Position numbers and translations under genes: made by a program. Positions 11,256 through 21,517 of a stretch of 25,785 nucleotides of DNA are shown here, piece after piece. A model generated the notes under the pieces. That model saw nothing but the letters and a program-made list of their open reading frames with translations. It ran no database searches and was not told the origin of the DNA. The stretch lies in the NCBI GenBank assembly GCA_049724395.1, contig JAUGWO010000140.1:186001-211785 (forward strand), given 5' to 3'. The first letter of the stretch is position 1; each line of letters opens with the position of its first letter. Origin of the DNA: Spongospora subterranea f. sp. subterranea. Lineage: Eukaryota.

Positions 11256-13649
11256 ACCGGTAAATAATTTCTAATTTCACTCTCACTTTTTTTTCTAACT
11301 GTAATACCGAATCATCGAATTTTAAACGAGTAGAATAATGAAGAAATGGAGATATGTCATATTTATCGCTCAATTCTGCAAAATCTTCGAATCAGGGTTT
11401 TCGAATTCAGCGTATAATGCATGAACAGATAATTCAACTCGGCGAATCATGATGTCAACAGCGTCAATTAGGCCTTTTGAGAATGATTTGGGGCCTAAGA
11501 GCAAATTGAAATTTTAACGACATCCATGCCCTTGGGGTAAAAGGGGTATCAGATTATGGAAAGCCATTGGTCGAAATCAGGGCAGTGATGTATATCAATT
11601 GCAGTTCGAAGAGAACGTCGTTGCAGATGCCATTTTCATTTTGCCTTTTTGTACGCCGATTTGGCGAATTTCCTCCGTTTGCCTTTGGTTTTGGCCGACA
11701 ATAGAGGTCGAGGCGGCACCCGTCGGGGATTTCTGGTGTTCAATGCGTTTTCCTGTTTAGCAGAAGGTTCCTGTTTTTGTCGTTGAGATGGTCCAGGTTG
11801 CTCGAATCAATCTCCTACTTGGTTGAGGTCCTGATTGTCATACAATGGCCATCGACCCCTCACCTTCTTCGCTTTTTCGCCTAAAATGTCAATGGAAACT
11901 TAAATGTTGAGCAACGTTTGTTTCCCTGCGTATTATCTGATTCAATCATCTTTCAGCCCCAAAGATTGAATATAAATCGCAAGTTGAAACTTTATTCAAT
12001 GTTGAGGTCAACTCGCTACAAAACAGGAATGGCCCCAATATTTGTAATAGATTCGATCAGATCAATACCATGTGGTCATGGCGCTACTGCAGTCCGACAG
12101 TCTCCAGGTACCTTATCGTGAGTGGTCTAGAACAGGAGGGGCGACATCCCTATCACGGACTCTGATCCCCCGCCGGTACGCCACCCACAATTTTTTCATG
12201 GACCAGGGTCCCGCCTAGGGTTTGGCTGACTCTACCGCCGACGGCCACGGGCTTCAAATGTTGCGGACCATAGTCCCTATAATATGGCCGAGGGTGTGAA
12301 GACCTGGAATGTTGATGAGCATGCCATGCTGCTCAGCCAGGAAAATGTCGCCCTTGACCCGGATGGCCACTGGATTCGATGCAAACTCGATAATACACGG
12401 ATTTTATGCAGGCATCCGTTTACTGTTGGACGTCTCAAGGAACACAATCGGTGGATTTTTAACCAATTATATTCTCAGAGTATTTTTCTGAGCGCAATGT
12501 TTTGTTATAACTGCGACCCACATGCGGGCTGTAGAAAATTCCACCCAATCGTTATGACGATATTAAATGAAACAAAGTAGATAAAATTCTAGGAACTGGT
12601 TCACTCGTTCGGTTTGTCCATCCAATTCTGGATTGCGGGAAGACGATAGGTTCCGATCAATCCTCAATAACATAAAGAAATGTTTTCAAAATTGAGACAC
12701 AAATTGAGGGTCGCGATCGGAAATAATATCGCCAGGTAGACCACGAATTTTAAACGCATGAGGAAACACCAGCTTCGATAATTGAAAAGAGGTAATAGAC
12801 CACTTCGAAGATCGTGGGTCACCAAAAAACAAACAATACCATCGTTTTTATAATAATAAAAAACAGCGATTTTCATGTTTTTTGACCAAAAACAAAGTCG
12901 TTTTGGCGCTCTCAGAGCGTTGCTTTCTGTTGCGTTCGTTGACTTCTCTGTTTTCAAAGGCGAATTATATATCTGTCAGTGCCCAGGCAGAATTTCACCT
13001 GCCCGTCAATATGTACCCGGTCATTATGCTGTATAGATCCAAGTTTGGATTTGTTTCTGGCAGGATTGCGGGGCGTTATCGTTTAGGGTTTAATTACCTA
13101 GAGGCGGCGACCTTTCGCCTTGATGGCGTGTTTGTTGTTGGTGCTGCGTCAGCTTGATGGAAATGGTGCGCTGTTGAAATAGGTTCGTCGACATATTGAG
13201 TTTAATTCGGTCAGTTCAGCTTTAGATTTATGTTTTCCAATTTTCCCAATGATGTTTGAATCAATTTTTTGGTTCTACTGCCTGGTCAGATTTGGAAGAT
13301 AAAATTGAAGTTATCGAGTTCAGACTGAGTTGCCACACGCTGTTCATTTTCAGTTCTGACGATTTATCTTCCCCAGGTTCCCATCAGTTTTCATCACCCC
13401 TTCCTTCATTTTTTGGTTGCCAGGTCATGTCACCAATCCTTGTTTGCGCTACAAACTATCTCTGAAACTTGAAGTCCATTTGATTCGCTCTTTGTTTATA
13501 TTTTTTTAGCGCCACGATACCCTTAACACTAAATTTTTAGTTCAACGCAACGAATGTTTTGTGCTCCATTCACATTCAATGTATTTCACTTCTAACGAAG
13601 TATATATTCCCTAAGTAGTCGTCAGGTTTCATCTACAGCCTCCTTCATC

Positions 13650-14300
13650 CTTTGAAATAGCAGATCAGGTCACCACACAGTTTTGGTTCAAATGGACGGT
13701 TTTGTCGTCATGGGATCCAGATGCTGCTGAATTTCGATTTGTGTCACATTAATGTACGTTGATTACCTGAGGATACTTATCGTGATGATCATCGACATAC
13801 TTAAAATCAGGCCATCAAATCTTTCTCGGTTGGAATTCAAAACAAAATTCTTGTGTCGGATGGTTGTTTGGAGCACTGAATCTTTCTTCTCCGACAGACT
13901 GCGATTAAACGCCCTTTCGGGACCAAATTCGGAGATTGTTCGCGACCCATTTTTCCAGCATTTTCTGCGAATTCCTGGATACCGCATTTCCGTCCCCTTC
14001 TCTGTTTCCCTGTTCCGGTTTTTTAACCATTGCAGGGTACCACCAGGCCGTTTCACTCCCATCAACCATGTTTTGGCGCCCATGGTACTGGATGCGGTGA
14101 CCACTTCTGATCAAAACCCGTTCGAACAAGTTCAATTCGGTAAACCAGCTTGGCGTATCCCGAGGTAAACTGAGTCCGTTGGAGAGAGATCGAAGTTTGT
14201 CTCTACTGTGTTGGCGAAGGCCAGGTCATAGCCGATTGTCAAGCGAAAAATTCCGCCGTCAGATAACTTTCCGGCTAATGGTGAAGGACGTCGTCAATAC
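13650..14300 (+). pseudogene. Degenerate Ty3/Gypsy gag fragment; left boundary approximate
   Basis: APMVLDA resembles the PMELD motif. It is followed by RGKLSPLER and, after a frameshift, LCLYCVGEGQVIADC (14196-14240), a decayed CX2CX4HX4C knuckle. No pol or LTR pair recognised. Confidence 0.6.
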
Positions 14301-14444
14301 ACCTGCGGGCGCCGGCGTCCTTTTTGATTCATAAACAGAATAATTACCAACGAAACTCCCGCTGTCTCACTTAAAAAACAGTCAAATCTCGATCATGAGC
14401 ATCGAGAATTGCCCCGAGTCCCTATTCACTTTTGTTGGTTTGCT

Positions 14445-15362
14445 TCAAATTTTGGTCATCGCCTTCTCATTGCTCCAAATTGCTGAGTTGAACGTAGTTA
14501 TCGGCAGAGTTTTGTACAGCCGTCTGTATTTCCTAAGGCGATGTGTAAGTGGTTCTCGATGTAATACCTGGGGTTCGATTGTTTCGGAATGTTTACCACA
14601 GTGCCTGCATTTGTTCGTGGCTTCCACCTCAATGTTGCTGAGGTGCTGTCGACATCTGCTATGGCCAGTTCGTGCCCTAACTATCATGTAGGCGTTGAGT
14701 CCCCTATGATTCGATGAAACGGGTCTCGATTTGGGTATTTTGGCAAGTGATATCGTTTAATGTTGGCCTTCAGGCACTGTATGAAATGTGATCTTTCGTA
14801 TTTCTTTAGGTGGATTGAAGGATGACAGAATTTGTCCATGACCTATTTTGGTCTCAATATTTGCCGAATTGTTTGCTAATTCATCAATTTCATTGCTTCG
14901 TCCAATTGCTTTTGATGTTTTAAAGTCAGATGTGTCCCCGTTTTGGTGGACATGACTTGGGATTTAGTCTACTTGATTTTGATTGTGTCGGAATAATTTC
15001 GCCAGTAGTCGAGCAGAGTCTGCCACAACTGCATATTCTCTTCGAGGGTTGATAGGTAATGATTGGAATTAACTTACCGATGATAACGAGTCTGTCATTA
15101 TATAAATCGTTCGTTTTGAAATTTCTTATCTGTGTGTAATTTGTCACTTCACATTTGGTATTTTGTATCGAATAGAGGCAGCAGCGCCCCCTTTCTGTCC
15201 ATTCGTATAACCGCCATTAGTCCAGAGTTCTACGTCCAGGTCACGTGGAAGATGTGTATTTTGTTCAAACTTTGCAATTGCCTCCTCTCGATTGGATTTG
15301 TGAAAAGTTACTGTATAATGAGCCACAAGAGTGTTCGCTGCAATATCTACTTTTGCAATCAA
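14445..15362 (-). pseudogene. 3' fragment of a non-LTR retrotransposon ORF2 (RNase H plus C-terminal CCHC finger), frameshifted
   Basis: The RNase H motifs occur in order on the minus strand: ELWT(N)GG...GGAAA, IYIMTDSLSS, VD*IPSH (W to stop), SNEIDELA. Next comes RARTGH...HL...CRHCGKHSETIE, the CCHC region of RNase H-bearing LINEs. No RT domain is visible. Confidence 0.8.
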
Positions 15363-15895
15363 TGGTGTTGTACCATTTTGGGACTCTCTCTCTGAGAGCT
15401 TTCCAAGCAGGTCCTGAAGACATCAAACAAGAAATCGCCATGACCCACGTTGGCCCTACGATCAACAATGGGCATTGACTGTTCAAGAGCAAATGGTTGC
15501 GTCTGAATGCAAATGGTGCTGAGATGACAATCATTGCGATGTCGCTGCCGAATTGAAAACTAGCGAAGTTGAAAGGTATTTGAAAAAGCTTAAACAACGC
15601 TCAAAGGCGATTTAAAAATGGGGGGCTAGAAAAGACTGGTCACATTAACTGGTCACTTCAAAAACTGCGTAGACGACCTGTCACTAGGGCGCGAGAAAAA
15701 GCTGGTCACATTCTGACTGGGAGATTCAGCCGAAAATATATTGACTGGTCATCGAGTTTGTTGGAATGAAATATTGTTATTGTACACTCATATCTCAATG
15801 GAGTAATCATCCGGAGTTCTTGTCGAACATTATGTGTTTAGGAGTTCGAAAGTAATCTCGATAACAGGAGTTTTAAGAAAGGATGCCTGAATTCT

Positions 15896-15982
15896 ATCAC
15901 TCCGATGATCCGACATGTCAGCACGAGCATTGGGGCGCCCATTTGAATCACTTCGATCATGGGACAGGTCAGCACGAACATT
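15896..15982. repeat. Imperfect direct repeat, 36-bp core, period 51, in the subterminal region of the middle element
   Basis: ATCACTCCGATGATCCGACATGTCAGCACGAGCATT (15896-15931) versus ATCACTTCGATCATGGGACAGGTCAGCACGAACATT (15947-15982), 30/36 identical. Confidence 0.85.
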
Positions 15983-16163
15983 ACCGTAGACTTTGGTGTC
16001 CTGGCCCCCCCAATGTACATGCGCAGCCTTTTCTGGTGGTGGTATTTTCTGGGGGGGGCCAGGTATACAACAAACTGGCAAGGGTAGATTTTGGCGCCAA
16101 ATTTAATGCGCTATGTGGACGGCCCTTGTCAGGGCGACTCCAACGGTACAATTCCCATTGGAA

Positions 16164-17308
16164 ATGAAGAGGTATTTCTCCTTGAATGTCAAAGCTGCGA
16201 TCGTGACCGAGGCCTACTCTCAGGAAGGCATCCTTAAGGAGACCGCAAGGAAATATAGCATATCACCAGCGCAGATCAGAAGATGGAACAAGCAGAAGGT
16301 TGCTATAGGAGAAAATATCCAACGAATCGGAGAATTGAAAATTGTTCATCCTGGGCGTGCTCCCATCACTAATGCTGAAAGCTTGAACCAACTTCGGCAG
16401 TTTATTCAGATTTTGGAAGAACGACATCGAACCATTTCGGTTGGAATAGGATTTGTCGTGAACTGAAGAGGCTGGTTCCTGAAGAAGCGGATACCGATAT
16501 GAATACTTTAAGGCAGCGAATGTATCGGTTTCTACGTAAGGATAACATTGTACAAAGACGGGCAACGCACGTTGCTCAGAATACCAGATATGACCAACAA
16601 CAAATTGACCAGTTCGTTGAGTATGTCAACGAAGAAATCCATCGTCTATGCATCGGTCCAGATGATATCGTGAACATCGATGAAACGAATGTTGACTTTG
16701 ACATGACCGGCAAAGTTACCCTGGCCCGACGTGGAACCAGGACCGTCAGTCTTCAATCGACCGGATCGGCTGCTCGAGTAACAGTCCTGCTCGGTGTCAC
16801 AATGTCAGGAACCAAGCTCAAACCCTTCTTAATTTTTAAGGGCAAACCTGGTGGAAGAATCATTCGAGAATTTACACAATTACATTATCCCGAAGGGTGT
16901 GTTTACACAGTTCAAGAAAGTGCATGGATTGACGAAACAACTTTCAGCCTGTGGATCGACACGATTTGGAAGCCATTTTGCGCGAACAAGCCGATCACAT
17001 ATCTTATCATGGACAAATGCAAAGTCCACCTGATGAACAGCATCGTTGTCCAGTTGCAGAACTGTGGAACCGAAGTTGACTTCATTTTGGCCGGGTATAC
17101 CGCCAAATTACAAGTATTAGATGTCGGGATCAACAAACCCTTCAAGGATTATTTGAGAGTGGACTATGAATCGTTTATGATGCAGAACCCGGAAAATAAG
17201 GCCCCGTCGAGGCTTCATGTCGCTAAATGGGTTGCAAACGCTTGGGAAAGCATCAAGGAAATTTCAATAACCAATACGTGGAAAGGAATTGGTTTTCATA
17301 AAGATTAA
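16164..17308 (+). CDS. pogo-like DD35D transposase (HTH, CENP-B-type HTH, DDE_1) with one frameshift near 16445-16465
   Basis: N-terminal HTH KETARKYSISPAQIRRW, then RFLRKDNIVQRRAT. The catalytic motifs are VNIDET, LIMDKCKVH and LQVLDVGINKPFK, with 35 residues between the second and third Asp. Confidence 0.92.
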
Positions 17309-17317
17309 GAGTGATTT

Positions 17318-17695
17318 TTATTCTTCAACTGGAACATATTCGAGTAGACGAAATGAAGCCATCCCCTTATTCTTGAAACTCTTGTTGCGTTTAACAACGT
17401 TGTCGCAGTTCTCATACAGTTGTAGGACTTGGCCGAATTTATTGGCAAACCTTTCTTTCGACCTGGCGACTAAGCTCCTCTGTAAGAATCCCACGCGACA
17501 GCTCTCGACGCCATCGCGAATCCGGTGGCATGCGATTGCCTGTTCCACTTGTCCATCGAAATCAACAATGACGACCTTGAAGCGAATGAGGTCGCCCTCG
17601 TTCACCCAGTTACCGCAAGTACCGTGCGATTCACAAGAGCGACCGTTGCTATCGGAATGTAACCCGACGATTTCGCCAACTCCCACATTATCCAT
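17318..17695 (-). CDS. 125-aa accessory ORF inside the pogo element, HIRAN-like by motif pattern
   Basis: Intact ORF from the ATG at 17695: EIVGL..NGRSCESHGTCG.V.EGDLIRF...EQAIACHRI.DG..CRVGFLQR. It converges on the transposase with 9 bp between the stop codons. The fold assignment is inference. Confidence 0.65.
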   Translation of the reverse strand: MDNVGVGEIVGLHSDSNGRSCESHGTCGNWVNEGDLIRFKVVIVDFDGQVEQAIACHRIRDGVESCRVGFLQRSLVARSKERFANKFGQVLQLYENCDNVVKRNKSFKNKGMASFRLLEYVPVEE

Positions 17696-17824
17696 TGGGT
17701 ATTGAACCGAGATTACAGGGTTTGCATACTGCGCATAAAAATGTACATAGGGGGGGCCAAGACTCCAAGGGGGCCAGGACACCAAAGTCTACGGTAGGCA
17801 CGCATTTGAGTAGCTTTTGTTGAT

Positions 17825-20800
17825 TTATTTCTTGACATAGGCCAAATATATTGAATTAGGCTTTAAATTTACAGCAGCTGGATCGAAAACTGCTCTTCCA
17901 TGATTTTGTAGATCATTGAAGTGGTAGAATCCCGGCATCATGCCTTGAAACTCACGGCGAATGTGTGCATAAAAGTGTGATCCTGTCATAGTAGTAGCGG
18001 ATATTCTTGCCATCAAACGCCATTCTTCATTCAGAACATATAATGTATCCGGACAAAAAATGGTCGTGCTATCAACCAGCGGCACATTATCATCTGGCAC
18101 TCCGATAGGCAACGTGATAAACAATACTGAAGTTGGCATTGCCTCGATCGTTAGGGTCTGTACTTGCTTGCACTATTTGTGGCGATGAGATGTTCCTGTT
18201 GTTTAAATGCAGTTGACTGTTCACATACCGAATCACAACCTGGGTGAATGCAGTTTCTATGCAGTTCTTCTGTAAAACCAGAAATCAATGCGGCAACGGC
18301 GGTCTGTAGAGACATTGATGATGACTGAGTAAATACTTGCTGTCTCAGCTCCTACAACAAAGTTTGATTCAAACACCCGCGGTTAACACCAAAACAGTTG
18401 TACCAAAATCGGCCAAAATAACGGACGCGACTTTATGTGATGCCCGTTTGTACATCTTACATCCTTCTGAAAAACATATTTGTGTTAAATGCATTCAACA
18501 ATACAATGAAACTATACCTGCACAATCATTTTGAAATGAGCAAAAATAGGATCACCGTCGATTTCAGATAAAACCCTAGCAAGGACCTCAAAAGGGCATT
18601 CAAATGATCCTGGCTTGTATAATTTTTCGATTTCAGTAACCCAGGTAGTGAGAAATTCTCTTCCTTTGGTCAACTCCTTTGTCAGGGAAGCGCCTTGCTT
18701 ATTCATCCGGGCATTGACGTGTTGCAGAAGCCGCGCAAAACACGACTTTGTATTGTCGTGTTGGTCTAAGAATTGAAGATAAAGAAGGTATCGCCGGAAC
18801 AAGGAATTACATTACCTGAAGGGGCTGGAATGTTTGGAAGACAAACCGCTAGAACCTCCAACAGAACTGTTAATCAACAGGTATTGTTAGAATGTCGGTA
18901 CGACTGGTAAGTGGTGTTGGGGTTTTTATCCACGTTTGTTGCCCCTTTCGGGCGACCAGGTCTTTTCTTGCCAACCCCTGAATGGGTTTCCTTGTTCCCA
19001 GGTCTCTTCTTGCCAATTACTGAAGGGGTTTCCTTGTTCTCAGGTCGTTGAGTGGTACCTTTCAGTTCGACACAATCCACTGATGCATTGGAACCATGCA
19101 AGAGGGAGTTAGTCGTATCGGGCGCTCGCCCGTCATTTGGTGCATGTAGTTGTCTTCTTCGGCGCTCGGGGTGTGCTAACCCGTATTTTTCTATAGACTA
19201 CCTTCCATCTCTCAGGAACACCTATAGTTTGATCAATCTTCGCTGAGAGTGACAACATTGCACTCTGTACCATATCTAACAGTTCGACCAAGCTGAAGGT
19301 CATTCATCTCTCGTTCATTATTTGCCGCAAAAATCATCAAGGCCGAGAGACCGAACACAATAGGATTTTTGCGATCAGCTATCTGATAATATATAGAGTG
19401 CATCGACTCAATGGGATTGCTATCCTCTCTTACATTTTCGCCAACTTCTGGATCTAATTTCCGTTGCGATTCAAAAATAAGACATGCCACACTCTCTTTT
19501 AACCACCAGGAAAACCACGGTCTTGCTTTTGGATATCGGTCCTGATATAACAAAAGTTGATTTTGACCTCTTATATCGTAACGATCAATGTGATTCCAAC
19601 ATGAAGGATTTTCATTGCTTCATGAAAGGCATGCAGCATGGGTTCTTCAACTGCTTCCATGATTAATTGCAGAAATTTGCAATCATTGTCACGCCCCACA
19701 ATGGCATGATTGCGGTCAATCCGCTGAGCTGAGCAAATAAAGTGCACTCTACAACCTTTCATTAGCGATTGTGCGTCGGCCTTCAATTCGGAAACAATCG
19801 GAACAATGCCATGTGAGTTGAAGATTCTGTTCGTTATCTGTAGACATGTAAGCAATGTCATAACAATGAGTTTCAGCACTGTACCGAAATATAAGCATCG
19901 ATGAAGCCTAATGCTTGCGCATTGGAAAAATCCATGACTGCCCCACACAAACGTTTGAATCTTGTCACCTTGTCCTGTACAGACAACGATGCTTCAGCGG
20001 ACTGAATGCTGAAGCGCAGCTGAAAATCGCTTCAAAATGTGCCCGATAATGCTCGCGAGTTAGTCCGTTCAACCAAGAAAAAGCCACCGGGACCCATCGC
20101 GCAAGCAAACCGCAATACACTGCGGTTGTCATAAGAAAGCCTCGATCAAAAAAACTGTACGTAACATCGGAAACAGCGCCTTGGCCATCACGACCTGTCA
20201 ACGGATCTACATCGACGAATCTAATCATTGTGTTGCAAGCTGAGAATCAGCAACAATCATAAAAGAAATATTCAACTGTACCTTTCCAACATAAAATTCG
20301 AAGCAACACTTAAGTGCATTCGATTGATGTTGAAATCACTTGAGATGACGGCAGTTTTGCCAAAAGTCAGTTGAAACTCCAGGATTTGATCGATGAATGA
20401 GTCTCCAGAACCTAGATTATTCAAATTTAGGCACATTTTCAGATAAATCAAGTAACCGACGTCGGAAATACAGTACGCTACTCTTGAGAGGTTACCGTAA
20501 GGTTCATGGATCTCACAGACCGAGCCAATGATTGGTGTGCCGGTGACAAGCGTGACAGCTTTGGCCCTGGGATTATTACAGATCCTGTCAGTGAGCATCT
20601 TTTTGCAGTAAAAGTCAGGCTTCAACACATGTGGCACGGCATGAGAATGCCGGTCAAAATGGATAATAATGGCTCGATCAGCGAATTTTGCCTCCGCCCA
20701 CATGCATGTTGCAGGACAAACAAGTCGAACCATGTCGCTGCTGCAAACGCGGCACCTGCAACATTATAAAAAGTAAACAACTGTTCAAGGTTTTAGACTT

Positions 20801-21222
20801 GTGACTGAGTTGCGATATTACGTTCGTTCAAAGTTGTCCGGATTGTTCTGTTTCGGACGACGCGAATATGCACATCCCAAATTGGAGCAAACAATGTTGC
20901 CTGTGCACACCTTGTTGGTGATCTTAATCGGTAAGGGGTCGGATGGCAGCGAACGGTAGCGGGTGTTGGTTACTCGCCATTGCCACTCGGAGTACCGAGC
21001 GACCAAATTAGGCTTTTTGGAAGCTTCGTCAAACATAAAACGGCAATTTCCATCTGGTCGCAGCGGAACCTGATCACAGTCGAAGTTCTGATTCGCGACA
21101 CTCCTATCAATAAGGGTGCACGGCAGCGTCGGCGCAAATATGTCAGAAACAGTCCAACGACCGCATTCTGAAATACAGACGGTACAGCATTCGGAATCTG
21201 ATGCCGACTCTAGCGATGACAT
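17825..21222 (-). pseudogene. Multi-exon transposase gene: GCM zinc-binding domain, Mutator-like DDE core, basic/AT-hook-like linker, USP(C19)-like protease domain; at least one premature stop
   Basis: GCM-like: WQWRVTN..KVCTGNIVC..C...RP..CRVCSSDMVRLVC..HFDRHSHAVP. DDE core: VSDVTY, WVPV, VMDFSNAQALGF, KGCRVHF (CxxH), SNPIESMH. Linker: KKRPGRPKG. USP-like: SNNTC*LTVLLEVL (Cys box, TGA 18874-18876), CFSEGC and CIHPGC, MPTSVLFITL, WRLMARI...GSHFYAHIR...FYHFND...YLAYVKK (His box). Confidence 0.82.
18956..19039. repeat. 42-bp tandem duplication encoding a 14-aa basic repeat in the transposase linker
   Basis: CCAGGTCTTTTCTTGCCAACCCCTGAATGGGTTTCCTTGTTC is followed by CCAGGTCTCTTCTTGCCAATTACTGAAGGGGTTTCCTTGTTC. 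On the minus strand this reads NKETPSVIGKKRPG / NKETHSGVGKKRPG. Confidence 0.9.
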
Positions 21223-21517
21223 TGTCCTCCTTCGAACACTATATTACCTCTCGTGCTGACAATACGGATGAGGATACCCCGACAAGAACTCCGGATGATT
21301 ACTCCATTGAGATACACTTGAGTGTACATTAACAATATTTTATTCCAACAAACTCGATGACCAGTCAATATATTTTCGGCTGAATCTCCCAGTCCAGAAT
21401 GTGACCAGCTTTTTCTCGCGCCCTAGTAATTAACTGGTCACATTGACTGGAAGTTGCGGTAAACACATAAAAGTTCGAAAATCCGATGTTTAAAATCCAA
21501 GTTCAGGAAGCAAAGTT

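Larger units (their letters stand above)
15984..17794 (+). mobile_element. Inner pogo-family (Tc1/mariner superfamily) transposon, 1811 bp, with two ORFs
   Basis: Perfect 26-bp TIRs CCGTAGACTTTGGTGTCCTGGCCCCC (15984-16009 / 17769-17794) with a TA duplication at 15982-15983 and 17795-17796. Confidence 0.96.
15687..21423. mobile_element. Middle DNA transposon with ~140-bp TIRs encoding a GCM-domain Mutator-like transposase; inserted in the left end of the outer element
   Basis: TIRs at 15687-15825 and 21280-21423 differ by 2 substitutions and 2 small indels (1 and 4 bp). Flanks are CACTA|GGGCGC...GCGCCC|TAGTA, readable as a TA or CTAG duplication. Confidence 0.92.

Noticed and set aside
11370..11880. 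Possible small minus-strand gene (exon-like PKSFSKGLIDAVDIMIRRVEL...)
   Set aside because: No consistent exon chain or recognisable domain could be built.
12120..12280. GC-rich stretch with AATTTTTT considered as an snRNA with an Sm site
   Set aside because: No recognisable U1/U2/U4/U5/U6 conserved sequence.
17289..17705. 138-aa plus-strand ORF, and similar antisense ORFs at 23160-23570, 24283-24663 and 3106-3429
   Set aside because: These are shadows on the opposite strand of better-supported coding regions.
18874..18876. In-frame TGA considered as selenocysteine or an alternative genetic code
   Set aside because: TGA is a normal stop elsewhere (dynein 3801-3803), TGG is used for Trp throughout, and the position aligns with an aromatic residue rather than Cys.
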